A stretch of 64,000 nt of DNA. It comes from Callorhinchus milii (lineage: Eukaryota). Below the pieces are notes generated by a model that did not search any database, had not been told where the DNA came from, and saw only the letters and a list, made by a program, of their open reading frames with translations. The position numbers were made by a program, and so were the translations under genes. The stretch covers positions 35,466,001 to 35,530,000 of the forward strand of contig NW_024704742.1 of assembly GCF_018977255.1 (NCBI RefSeq), given 5' to 3'. This document shows positions 27,023 to 40,530 of this stretch, one piece after another. Position 1 is the stretch's first letter. Every line of letters starts with the position of its first letter.

Positions 27023-28439
27023 ACTCAGCAACAACTCCCATTTATATAGAAACCACCACTGTATACCACCACCAATTAGAAATAAAAACAGTTACTCTTC
27101 TCCTTTCAGATATAGTTTAAATACAACATAACTCATTTTACTTTGCTCAAACTGTGGAAAGAAACTGAAGTTAATTATCTAAAGTGTAGCTTTCAAGTTA
27201 TTTGCTATATCTTGCAATAAATCCTGGGTCATTCTGACCAAGTAGCATATTTGTGGAAACAACAACATGTGTAATACTTAATGAGTCTGCTATTTTGCAA
27301 ATACCTGCTGATTCCCCATTCAAGTTGTAAAGTGTACCTTATCTAAATTGACAAAATTGTACTGTAATTTTACAACACTAAGAGATACTATCCTGCGTGC
27401 TGAGCCCTCTATAAATGGGAGTCGTTGCTGTAGTGATAAGGAGTAATTACTAGCAATAACAATGGTACTTTATCTACAGACTGTTTATTGATGTTATGCC
27501 CATCCCAATGTTATTCTAACATCTGCCCTGTGTCATGCTGTTATTTGTATGATGGATTTTGATAGGTTAAACTACATTTCAAACAATGGATAATCATTGG
27601 CTCTTACAGATATTCAGGAGGTAGCTTAAGATAAATAATTTTTGACATTTGCAAACATGGAATATTCAACTTTTCCATATGAATATACACTGTTAATTTT
27701 TCTCCAGAGATGCCAAATCATCCTTCATTTCAGATCTTTTAATAACTGTACTAAATGAATGTTTATTACAGTTGAAGCTCTGAACTGTATGGTGATTGTT
27801 ATATCGAAAGGTTCTGGTAGATAATTATTTGCAGCTTTGTTAAATCTCATTCCTATTCTCTCAATAATTACAGATAGATAATTGATGCATAAAACTGCAT
27901 TTTATGCATCAATTCTATAATAATACCTACCATACAATTTGGGAATAAAGTTCCTTTCAAGATAATGGTTAGTAAAATCATGGAGTTATTTTGAATCCAT
28001 AATAAATATGGCACTATTTATCACACTATCAATATCAATTTTATTGGGCAATTGTTGGACAGGATATTAGGAGAAACTCCCTTCTCTTTTTAAATTGTGT
28101 CATAGGATCTTTAATGTCCACTTGAACAAGCAGATGGGGCCTTGGTTTAATGTCTCTCCGAAGGATAGGTCTCATCCAAAGGATGGATGAAAGCACAGAA
28201 TATAGACAGCATTCTGCTTAACTTCTAACATAAAATAGTGCTTTCACCTACAATGAAAATAAATACTTCCAGGTCTATATTCATAAATACTCATAAATAA
28301 TTAATTCATAAATTATGCACTAGCGTGACAAACACACCTGAGTTCAGGCATAATGTTATGCATTTTTCTGAAAAATTATATTAGTTTTAGAAATCGTTTT
28401 GCACCATGGATTAATTTAATTTAGGAATTAAAGGCCGTG

Positions 28440-28668
28440 AGCAGCCGTGCTTCCAGCCATTACGCTACAAAACCATGGAATTCTCTCCCTCAATCCTTGG
28501 CTTTGCTTCCTCCTTCCTCATCTTCAGATCACACCTGAAGATCTTCCTCTTTCACCTTGCCCACGGTCACCTCCCCCCACTGGCTCAGTGTCAAGCTCCG
28601 CCTGTGTTAAGTGCTCTGAGATACTACCCTGAGTGAAGGGCGCTATATAAATGAGGGTTGTTAATGTT
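28440..28668 (+). mobile_element. L2 LINE 3' end remnant
   Basis: gcagccgtgcttccagccattacgctacaaaaccatggaattctctccct...gggcgctatataaatg, homologous to 34055-34280. Confidence 0.75.
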
Positions 28669-29076
28669 GTAAGGAGTCCAGCTGTCCAGGTCAGATGAAA
28701 AATGTTGACACACAACAAAAGGTTCCTGATTATGAAGAAATTCTGCTGGCTGATGGGTGAAAGCTGATGAGCGATATACAATTTCTGGGCAATATAGATT
28801 TGGAGCATTTCGTAACAGTTTCGAATATGATAATTATCACTTCAAATCTGTTGTGAAGTTCTGCAAATTTTACCCTGATATATTCATAAATAGGAATTAC
28901 AGTAATAAATTGCACTTTGAGTCAGGGTTAACATAACAATTAGAAAAAGAGCAAATTGTCTCTCAACTAGAAATTCCAGAAACAGATGTAACTTTTTGTT
29001 CTCTCCTTTGAAGATACTTTTGTTCCCAATTTCTGAGCTGTTTTTGCCATGTAGGATATACTGCACAATGATTCAT

Positions 29077-29470
29077 ACCGGGAGAAACTCCCTTCTCTTT
29101 TCAAAAGTGCCGTGGGATCTTTAACGTCCACCTGATAGGCAGCTCGGACCTTGGTTTAACATCTCATCTGAAGCACCTCCAACAATGCAGGACTTCCCCA
29201 GAATTGCACTGCAGTGTCAGCCTGCACTATGAGCTCAAAGTTACGAGCTTGAAGCCACAATCTTCTGACTCAAAATAATAATAATCCTTATAAAATAATC
29301 CTTGCATTTGATATAGCGCTTTTCACGTCGGGAGGACGTCCCAAAGCGCTTCACAGAACACACTGTAAAGTGAATTGACTGTAATTTGTGGGCGAACGCG
29401 GCAGCCAATTGCGCACAGCAATGTCCCACAAACAGTCTCAAACAGACTCAAGAGGCGAGAGTGCTACCCA
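29077..29470 (-). mobile_element. DeuSINE 5' half interrupted by a younger SINE tail (29274-29444)
   Basis: The host head sequence resumes at gactcaagaggcgagagtgctacc; gactcaa is duplicated at 29267-29273 and 29445-29451. Confidence 0.85.
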
Positions 29471-31741
29471 TGTCCAGCCTAACTCCTGGATGGAGGTTCT
29501 TACCCATGAATCTTCATGTGCCTAGTTTGCAATCTTGGCTAGTCTGTCAGATGAATTTGTGATTGGAGACTGGACAGTTTCCCGTGTGAATGGAAGACAA
29601 ATCAAAGGGCAAGTCACAGTGGGATAGTTTTGCAGAGCTTTTCGTGACTGGTTGCAGAGCTGCAGGGGAGCACTGGCTGTTCATTCTCTCACAGCTGGGA
29701 ATGGTGTGTAGAGAGTAAACCAAAAAAGGGAGAACTTTTTCTTTTTAAAAAATCAGAACTAACAAAGTCTTTTTTTTATTAAGGAGACTAGGTGATATTA
29801 TGTGCACCTGTGCATCAGGATGTCACAGCGAATGAGCATCAATCAAGTGACATTGCTTCAATTTTATGTACTATCACTATTCACTTTGAACAGACAGAAT
29901 GGATTAATTGCATTCTTTTCCTGCTTGTGACAGGTCTGAGGTTGAGCAGGTCATGCAGGATTGCAGCCAGACAACCTGTTGTATGAGAGAAGAAGTATTT
30001 TGATCTATTTCTGTTACTTTCTGACAAAATCGGTAATGAACACTGAGGGAATTTCCACCAGGCCACCAATGTGAGTACTTCATTCAGCTGCTACAGACTA
30101 GCCAGGCCATTTAAAAAGAGCTACTGTACTGTACATATGAGACAGAGAAAGAAAAATATTAAACCTGAAATAATTATATCTCGTGCTGTCAGCTCATCAT
30201 ACCAAACTTCTCTGTCTGGTCCATGAACTTTGATGATGCAGCTCAATTTCATGTTGCGATTAGGCCGTACTCCACAGAAATGTTATTTCTTCAATCCAGC
30301 TCGCGGTTTCAACAAATGCAGTCAAGTTAATCCGTGCTGATTTTGGCATAATATTTAATCTCATTCTACTGAAGTTTTTTAATAGTGGATTAATAGATTG
30401 TGAAGAAACAGGAAGAAACCAATTTCATAGATTTTATAGTGTTATTGATCCCAAAGACTGGTTCTATGGCGCTAAAAGTCTATAATAAAAATAATAATTC
30501 TTGCATTTGATATAGAGCCTTATCATGTCGCTGAGACTTCTCAAAGCGCGTCACATAACATACTGTAAAGTGTAGTGACTGTATTATGTGGGCAATGGAG
30601 ATGGAAGTGTGTTTGTGTGTGTGTTATTTGACCAATCTTGTAGGAATTGTAAATTTTCTTCATGCAAATCCTACTGTAGATAGTCAAATTCCTATACAAT
30701 AGTTGGGGCTCTATGATGAGAAACATGCTTTTGCTTTCTGTTGCTCTGATAGCGGGTTTATGAAATCTATAGTCTTTATACTTGAAATTTTAGTGCAGGG
30801 AAGCTGCTCATTTGCATTTTGAAATGAATTTTGCAGCTGTACTATGGAACAGACATAGTAGATTCCCTCACTCACTCTAGCACAGCTCCTGCTGTGGCAG
30901 TAGATAAACAAGCACTAGCTGACACTCCCCCCTCCCTGAGGTACATGCGTTCATTATATGCTGTTTGCATCATTCCAAAAGAAGACGTCAAATAACATCA
31001 ATGACTTCATTCTTTATCACTTCCTCCCCATCTAGACAGTGCTGTAACCTCATAACCTACAGCCTCCAACCCTACATCTTAATTAAAGCTGCACAGCAAC
31101 AGAACTGCTTAGACCATTTTTTACTTTGATTAATGGAATGATGTTATTCTACTCTGTGTTCAATATAAAACCACTTTCATACGTACTGCAATTTAGATGC
31201 AATAATGTTTCAAAACATTTCAATATTTTGCAGACTAAGAGCTCTTCAGTTCCATCCAATTTCCTTTCTCCAATTCACAGCACACGAGCCAGGTAACCAG
31301 CAAGAATATTTTTTACATTTCCCACATGGCATGGTCCCCTGTCCCACGACTCGCCTAAGGGGCTTTGTCACTGCCTGACTGAAGCCCTGCACATATATCT
31401 TTAGGTGGTCTTTCCTCCTCACTGGTGGGTCAAATTACTATCTGTACTGTTTCTTTTTAAACCAAATTGCACTCTTTATATATTCTTTGACTGTATTGCA
31501 TCATATCTTAAGAATACTAATCAATTTGACTTTTCTCAATTAGGGCAAGGAAGGGGGAATCCTAATCAAATATTTTCTGAGAGGTAATTGACCTTTTCTC
31601 CCCCCAATTGGGATCATGTCCTCTGCATGTTTTACACCAATGAGCAATCGTCACTGCTCAGATCAAACCAGTGTGTAGAATACAAAATATAAAGAGAAAT
31701 TTGTGGCATTAAATTATTTGTGCAGCATGACGTATACCAGT

Positions 31742-31970
31742 AAAGAAAAGGGAGTTTCTCTCAGTGTCCTGGCCAACATTCCACCAAATAAAATTATTCA
31801 CTCACTCCATGGCAGTTTGTGCTGTGTGGGGCTTCGCTGTGCACAAATTGGTTGCTGTGTTTCGCCCACAAAATACACACGGTCACACTACTTCACAATG
31901 TATGCTGTGAAATGCTTTGAGATGTCATGACATGCAATAAGGCGCTATATCAAATGTAAGGATTATTATT
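31742..31970 (+). mobile_element. DeuSINE 3' half
   Basis: gggagtttctctcagtgtcctggccaac...gctgtgcacaaattggttgctg...aaggcgctatatcaaatgtaaggattattatt. Confidence 0.8.
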
Positions 31971-33166
31971 ACATTATACAAATCTTTGTCCTTTTTGTTC
32001 TTATTAGAGGGACAAACTCTCCACTAAGCATAGTATTATGTTAAAATGCTGGAAATACTTCAGAGAAATAGTGTGCAAAAGATTTTAATAGTGAGTTCCA
32101 TTATTGGCCCCACTTGATTTTTAAAATAAATATAATTTATCTATAACACATGACTCAATGAATATGTAGTGAAATGTTTTTGACATTGTACTGTCAAAAA
32201 ATAAACTGTGCTCCATTTCGGGGCAGATTGTTCCATCCAAGCAGGCACATTAAAGAGTTTTATTTTATCTGCTCGAATGGCACCACTACAGTAACCAAAT
32301 TACCAAGCAGATATTCGCACTGGTGTTGATGCATGGTGTGGTAGCACAAATCTGACATTTGCATTTTGCTGATCTGTCGTTGGATATTGTCAAAACCTTT
32401 CACTCTAAGTTAAACTCACCGTACATAGAATGAACAGAAAATCCAGTCGAACCCTACATGCATTTTTAAGGTTTGCTGTCTCTCAAACTCAGTAAAGAGA
32501 GACATAATGGACTGATAACCTTTCTCTGACTCCAAACGTTCCAGACAATCCTCCACATTGATTTGATAATGCAAGGATTATGATTATTATTTTCTGAATG
32601 AATTTAACCAATATTTACAGCCACATTTTAAAAGTTTGGCTGAAATAATGAAAAGACCTGGGAAAAGATCTGCTATTTTTACAGTGAAGTATTTTACTGA
32701 GAGTTAAGAGTTTAAATTGTCAATTATAAAGTTGTTTTGATTACACAATTAAGTTGTGTTATTTCACAGCAAATAAACTGTTAGAAACTGGAAGTTAATG
32801 AGTCACATGAGGCCAAATTGTAATTTTAACTATAATCATGAAATTTGCTTCCCATATTTTCCTGAATTTTACATTGAGAAAAAATAATTATTAGTACTCG
32901 GAGTGTCTGAATACATGCTGTATGAGTACTGCATATAGTTTTATTCAAAAGGATTGTGTTTAATAGTTGTTTTTGTGTTATTAGATCAAAGTGCAGGCCC
33001 TTTGTCTCACGAATTTCTATTTCTTCATAAATAACATTGAAATATTCTAAGGTATGAAATAATTTCTACAGTAAATTTTACAGTGTGTATTAATTAGTGA
33101 TTGATACAGGATTATTTTATTTTGTTGATGCATTTCAGAGTTACTTTACCTTTCCATTGCCTTTCC

Positions 33167-34300
33167 TTTGTCATCCACCTCAGTGGGACCACTCTCTCCT
33201 GGTTCGAGTCTTACCTCACAAACTGCCAGCAGTACATCTCTACAAACAGCTTTTCCTCCCGCTCTCACCTGGTTACCTGTGGGGTACCCCAAGGATCCAT
33301 CCTTGGCCCTCTCCTCTTTCTAATCTATATGCTCCCTCTTGGGGATGTCATCCGCAGACATGGGGCACATGTCCACATGTACGCGGACGACACCCAACTC
33401 TATTTTTCCACTTCACTTTGCGACCCCCAGTCCCCTGATGTTCTGTCAGCCTGCCTGTCAGACCTCAGGAGCTGGATGAGTGCAAATTTCCTTCAGCTAA
33501 ATGTTGACATGACGGAAGCCATACTCTTTGGCTCTCGTCAATGACTTCAATCACATAGTTCTCACCTCCTCCACCTACCCAACCTGCCCCTACAACTCTC
33601 GTAATCCATACGCAACCTAGGCATCAGGTTCGACCCCCAATTATCTTTCTTCAACCTCCGATGCATTGCCCGTCTCTGCCAATATCTCACCCCAAAAGCC
33701 GCTGAAACCCTGATCCATGCCTTTATCACTTCTCGGCTGGATTATTCAAATGCCCTCTTCGCCGGTCTCCCCTCCACAACCATTGATAAAATCCAGGTCA
33801 TCCAAAACTCTGCCGCCCGCATTCTTACCCGCACCAAACTCCGCTCTCCGATTACCCCAGTCCTTGCCAGACTGCACTGACTGCCTGTCCCAGAGAGGAT
33901 CGACTTCAAGATCCTCACTCTTGTTTACAAATCCATCCACTCCTCTGCAGCCCCCTACCTCTCGGACCTCCTCTCTCCTCACAACAGTGTCCGTTGCCTT
34001 CACTCCACCGGGTCTGGCTTCCTCCTTGTCCCCTGAATCTTCCGCTCCACCCTTGGCGGCCGTGCCTTCAGCCACTACGCTCCGAGGCTCTGAAACTCCC
34101 TTCCTCACTCCCTTTGCGTCGCCCCCTCTCTTCCTACTTTCAGGTCTCAGCTGAAGACCTTTCTTTTTGACCATGCCTTTGCTCACTTTCCTCCCCCTCC
34201 CCCTAGCTCGGCCCCAGGATCCGTTATTGTGAAGCGCTTTGAGACGCCATCCAACGTGGAGGGCGCTATATAAATCCAAGTTGTTGTGGTTGTTGTTGTT
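33167..34300 (+). mobile_element. L2-clade LINE, 5'-truncated, RT pseudogenised
   Basis: CGVPQGSILGPLLFLIYMLPLGDVIRRHG...YADDTQLY...NFLQLN; in-frame stop at 33542-33544 and further lesions; tail gggcgctatataaatccaagttgttgtggttgttgttgtt. Confidence 0.95.
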
Positions 34301-35119
34301 ACTTTAGGCATAAGGCCAACCTTTGCACAATCGTATATTTCTCGTGACTTCACTGACTCCCACAGGTGGTTTGTCTTTGATTTAACTCTATGCATTCAGT
34401 CAGCATTTTTGTAAAATAAGTTAATAAAACAAATAAAATAAATATAATAAAATAAGTATAAAACAAGATGCCCTTCACAGAAATAACTCTCCAACATTAT
34501 ATCTGCATCAGTAATGTTGGCGGCTGAAATTATATTTTTTTCCAGATTCTAATAAGTCCTAAACACAAAAATACTGGGTCCATCAGATTTTCTTTTAAAT
34601 GCGCATTTTAAGAAGCCTAATGCTGTAATTTAATTAATGCTGAAATCAATTAAGGCTATCTGTCTCTATTGTAGACTATGTGCAAAAAATTCAGGGAAAC
34701 ACAGGAACAAGTCTTTCTAATTTTTCTAAATCTAAATCGGAGTTAAATTCTCCACCATTTCTTTAAATTCTGCAAAGGTGAATGAAATTTGCCCCCACCC
34801 CCACACACAAAAATACGTCTGCAATTAAATGGTTTTGTAGCCAAAGATTTTCATTTTGATGCATTGTAGTTTACTTAAGTAATAATGAATGAAGAGAGTA
34901 CATTATTAATGCAGGGAATATACTGGGATTTGTATGCCTATAAAAGAAAGCTCAGCTCATAACTAAACCCCTAATTATTCTCAGTAAAACTTTCTAAATT
35001 ATATCTTTTTCTGGATTTTAATGTTTTTCTGTAATAGAATGTGGGATGTAAAGAATGCAAACACAATCATTTTTAAAAAATAAATTACTGAATATAACTG
35101 CCCTTCTTTGCAAGTTTTC

Positions 35120-35217
35120 ATAATAATAATAATCCTTGCATTTGGTATAGCGACTTATCACGTCTTCGAGACGTCTCAAAGCGCTTCAAGGAATATACTG
35201 TGAAGTGAATTGACAGT
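35120..35217 (-). mobile_element. SINE 3' tail fragment
   Basis: ataataataataatccttgcatttggtatagcgacttatcacgtcttcgagacgtctcaaagcgcttc. Confidence 0.85.
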
Positions 35218-36446
35218 TTGTATTTTGATTTCTTTAACAAAGAAAAATGACAGACCAGTGCATGAAATATATTTGTCAAACGGATTTCAAATCTGTTAAT
35301 TATAAAAAAAATTACAGCTTATTTGCTTATCATTTAAAAAATCCCCCCCTTCTGTATTTTCCATATCTGCAGGAATGTGGTGGAAAAAACTATGGTCTAA
35401 TCCAAGACAGATCAACTGTTCTTCCCTAGTTTTTATTGATATTTAACCACAGGCATTTGTACATTACAGTTAATGTTGCCCACATCATAAAGGGATAAAA
35501 TGCATTCACTGGTGTATAAGTTTAACAGGAAGAGACCAACCATAGCAGTGCATAATTTGGATTAATTCACACGGAACAAAGAATGATCTCTATTTACATG
35601 GTGCACTGTAATTAATTCACATTAACTTACTGTGATACCAGTCTGAACAGACAACTGCCGTCGTCTTAAGTACCTGAGCATATCATCTACTATGAAGCAA
35701 AGTAGAGAGAATGATAATGAGAGCATGCATAGATATTTTCCCAGTGTTTCACACACATGTTCACCTAATATTGTTGTGCTTTACTAGTTGGCCACATTGC
35801 TCTGAGCTGCAGTGCTAACAGGGTGACTTACCTTGTGTGTACTAGATCTTACAAACTCCTATCTGTAGTATTCACTTCTAATTTTATTATCTTTACTCTG
35901 TTCTGTTAAACACGCGACCCCTTCCCCACATAGGAAGTACGATGTACAGTCATGGCTCAAAGGCACTTTAATGCTAGATTCAAACTATCTTTGTGTCACT
36001 GTAAAATTACATTTGCTCAGAATTCAACATACTCAATACTATGGACTAAGAATAATATGGTAGATACCTATCATTGAATTATAAAGCACTGACCCAATCT
36101 GTTATCAGTATAAGCCATAAAATATTCACTCTTCAAGTTCACGATTTGTATCAGAACCTTATGATTGAACAAACTATGAAGTATCCATAAATATTGAAAA
36201 GTAATCAATATGAATCTAATTTTTTTTCAGCACAGTATTTGTGTATGTTTTTTTAAAAATGCAGAATGCAATAATAGGTACTAGGGATTTTATTATCTGG
36301 GGCATGAAGATTGTTGGGTTTCTGAAGACCTGAAAGATAGATGTGGGATTGTAGTATTGTCATGTTATTTTTGAAGTGAATCAATAGGCAACTGAATGCT
36401 AAAGATATTATTGATAAACAGTGCAAGAGGATGTTTATTCCAGGAG

Positions 36447-36673
36447 AAATTCCAGCTGGGTCTAGATTTACTATATTTGTGTAGCATTTCAGAGTATCCA
36501 GAATTTGGCAAAATTTTTAAATGCAGCCTAATTTTGAAGCCAGTTTTCTTTAAATTCTTTTAAGGATAACATGAAAGCAATTTCAAAGTTAAGACTGATT
36601 TCAACGATTTGCCAAATTCTGGACATTCCAATTTGTTACTTTATTAAAGTAAATCTAGACCCAGGTGGAATTT
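36447..36673. repeat. Palindromic (MITE-like) element, best-preserved family A copy
   Basis: 26-bp terminal inverted repeats with one mismatch (36447-36472 and 36648-36673); inner tccagaatttggcaaa pairs with tttgccaaattctgga. Confidence 0.85.
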
Positions 36674-39600
36674 TACCCAAATGACAATACCTTTTGATTT
36701 GTCGTCACAAGTATTCCTCAAGTATTTACCTCACAAGAACTCCACTATCTATCACTTTCTTAAAAATAATGAATTTGGAAGTTTTCATTAGGAACTTACT
36801 AAACCGTGGAGGGAATATTCAGAATTTCCTTGATGTCATGGGAAGTAACTCCTTGCCATCGCTTGGCAGTGTATACGTGCGGGAGCATGTGTGCAATTTT
36901 AACCAGATTACTAAATAAATAATTGGAGCACTGTGAAATCATTTTTCCACAACAAATCTTGAACTGATATTGTTCATTTTTAGATTGAGTTACTTTTTCA
37001 TGGGGGAGTGGTTGGAGAGAAGAGAGCTGAGTTTATGCTGTGAACAGAATACATAGTAGGAGACTCTATGCTATTACTCGGAAATACTGTTTGTTGAGAG
37101 TTGTACCGGAAATTAGCTGATCATGTACTTCATTTCCTCATTTTGATGCACAAATCGCATTAGACAATAACCTAGATGTAGCGGAGATGCCAAATTTTCA
37201 ATTTTGTTGACAAGTTTCTTAGCTCTTGTATTCGCTGTAAAAGCTAGTTTTTCACCAGTGAAGAAACCCTCTTAATAGAGTTAGTAGAAACAGTAATAAA
37301 CGATGTTTGAGTAGGTAGAAATCATTTTTGTCAAAAAACTGAAATAATAAATAGAGGAGAAAGTGTAAGTGTTTTAAATATTCAATTTAAATACTAATAA
37401 TTTAAAATTGTGCTATTTTTTATTTTTTTTAGTTAATAATGTTGTTTTAAATTTTAATCGGGACCTTGGTTTAACCTGTCCAAAGGACAGTACTTCCAGC
37501 AATGTAAAGAGCCAGACAGCACCTAATATTATAAAATGTAATATTTAAAGGGTTTGAAAGTAACTGCAATGGGCCCAATGCTTCATCTAATTTTGCTACA
37601 AGTTGTGGATGAATTATAGCACACTGTGGTTAATTTTTAAATGGGTATTTTGATTTAAATCCTAGATAAATGAAAAATTATATGTTTTTGTTATTTTTAA
37701 TCAGAACAGGTTGCAACAGAGGCAAATTGTCTAAAATATATATCTCTCCCACAAAAGGCACAGTTAATCCACTTCATAGTATATCCTGTGAAGCGCTACA
37801 AGACGATGGCCAACCATTTTTTTAAAAAAAATTCTAAATAAAATTTTAAAAATGAAAAAGATTGATATAAAAGTCAATCATGACTCTTGATTGCATTGTT
37901 TCATTGTTTTCATATTGCATTATATCATATACAAACCAGCACAATTATTAGACATTTATAAATGTGAGCAACAATATAAACATATTTAGAAAGCAATTTC
38001 CCCTTTGCTGTGTAACACTTGAATGCAAAGTGCACCACATCACATAAGGATTGAAAACTTAATGCAGTCTGACATAGAATTAAACAACTCTCCACTGCGT
38101 AGACAGCCATGATAAAACTGAAGCAAGCTTTAATTTGGTGTCATTCCCAATTAAATCTTGTTGTCTAAATGAGGCTACGTCGACTGAACTAAATTTGAAT
38201 TTGAATTTCTACCAGTCACAAGTAACAACAGCTATGTGGAGTGGGGAAATTTTGGGTGGGAAATTTTAAATAAAATGAAACTCTGTATTTAAATAGGATT
38301 TTGCGGTCGAAATTATGAAGTTACTAAACATTGTAAATGATGGGTATAAGTCACTGGAGTCACTCCACGTTTACAACAGAAAACAATTTATTGCAGTGGG
38401 AGTCAAACAATATAGGCATCGTTGCATGTGAAAATTCTACCCAGTGTAAATTATAATCCAACACTTTCCGCTATCTTTTAATGAGATTGAAAGGACTCGC
38501 AACCAAGCCGTCCCTATCCAAGTGTTAAACATCACCACAACTATTATTGTGTCAAATTAACAGCCAAAACATCCCTCTGAAACCAATTAAATTTAGTGAG
38601 TTGTTAGTCTAATAGACACTCTTAAACAAACCCTGAAATTTCACGTACATTTAGGTGTGATTCCCAGATTATTCAAAGTGAATTGCCAAGCTTTTACTTA
38701 ATGCAGCTGCATTGACTTTCTTCAGCACAATTGCTAAAACAAAGTCAAGGATTGTGGTAAAATGCTGCAATTTGACATTTGCTGAGCTATATGGAAACAC
38801 CAATTATGCCACTATTTTAGTAGCAATACTGACATTATCAAAGACAAATAATGATTGTATCTATATTACAGCATTACTGGCTTAGCAAGTATTGGTTTAA
38901 CATTGGTCCAAATTCTAGTCTATCTTGTACTAATTGTTTTGGAAACATAACGCAAATCACTAAAAAATCAATGAGGCTACATATGCCAAAATTCAATGTC
39001 TAGAAATGGTTCTTTTCTGAAACAGTTTTCTTTAAGTTACATTTTAAAAAATAAAATTTAAAAAGTTCCTGCAACCAAGTACACGGTCTACTATTTATAA
39101 AATTGGATCATCTCTAAACTGAATACAATCTTCATAATTAATGAAGTTCTAGATAATAATAATCCTGATATTTGACCGTGCCTTTCACATCAGAAAGAGG
39201 TCCCAAAGTGCTTCACATGTTATATACTGAAGTGGAGTGACTGTATTTTAGTGGCAATGTAGACTCCTGTCACAATATTTTTGGTGCTAACTTTTTTTTT
39301 GCGAGAAACAGACTTTTTCAAAGTATTCTCTCTATTTTCTTTGTCTCTCGCACATTTACTCCAAGTGAAGATTTTTTTTCTGATATCTCCCCCAATCATC
39401 ATCTATAGGTAAATAGGATGGCAACTTTTCAACACTTCCCAAAGCAACAATTAACATTGTTTATTCAGTGGTGCGTGTGAGGGTCAGTCATGACCCACCA
39501 AGCCTTGGTGCTGTGTGTTGATTACTGATGCCAGCAATCTCAAGGCAATCCTTTTTACGTTAGTGATCTAAGGGTTAACTTTAGTGAGGTTGGATAGGAG

Positions 39601-40311
39601 TTGCTAAACTGTCTGTTAATGTGTTGGACAATAGCCAAAATATCTCTCTTACTCTTACTTAATGTAGTTAGATTAATAGAAACAAAGCTCTTTGTAAACC
39701 CTGAACAAGTGAATTTAAACCTCGACTTTTCGGTAGAATCTAATATTGTTTTTTTTCACTGTTATGATCCCATCAATTAAACAATCAAAACATATCAACA
39801 TAAGAAACTATTACAGCATACTTTTCTTAGCAATATCTAATTCTACTACTGTGTGGTTAGCAGTACACGATAACCCAATATGACACAAAATAGCAATGAG
39901 GAATGGCATTATAATATTACTGGCTTACTTAGCATTCATGTCTCCTATAAATTGGCAGTAGACCAGCTTGTTTATTTCATGCTAGTCTCATTAAAACTAA
40001 AAAAAAATTTGGTGACTATTGCTGTGAATTGAACTGTGGTTAATATTATTAGAATAACAGCACCCTTTCCTCCTTTTCATATTTTTTGAAATCCAAGAAC
40101 CAACCTGGCATTAAATATGCTGGGCAATTCAACCTAAGATCTGCATTTGTATTTTGTGAAATTATTACATACAAGAACATAAATAAACATTTTACATAAT
40201 CTCTTGTATTTTATGAACGTAATTTACACTATTTCTTAAGTTAAGTCAAACCAGGACAGTGCTATCTCTGAAACATCCGCTAAATTTAAATTACAGCAAT
40301 TGGAAACAAGC

Positions 40312-40530
40312 TAAATAAACCTTGCATTTTTTTTTTAAAAAAGCTTTGCGTCTTTTCACATTAGCAGGATGTCTCAAAGCGTTTCAAAGGATTTATTGTG
40401 AAGTATAGTGATTGTGTATTTTGTAGCCAAACACTCAGCGCACAGCAATGTCCCATAAACATCCATGAAATGAATGATTCATTTTATCTGTTGGCCAGGA
40501 GATCTAGAGAAATTCCTTCACTTTTCGAGA
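40312..40530 (-). mobile_element. DeuSINE 3' half, decayed
   Basis: ccttgcattt...gtctcaaagcgtttc...gcgcacagcaatgtcccataaac...gttggccagga. Confidence 0.7.
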
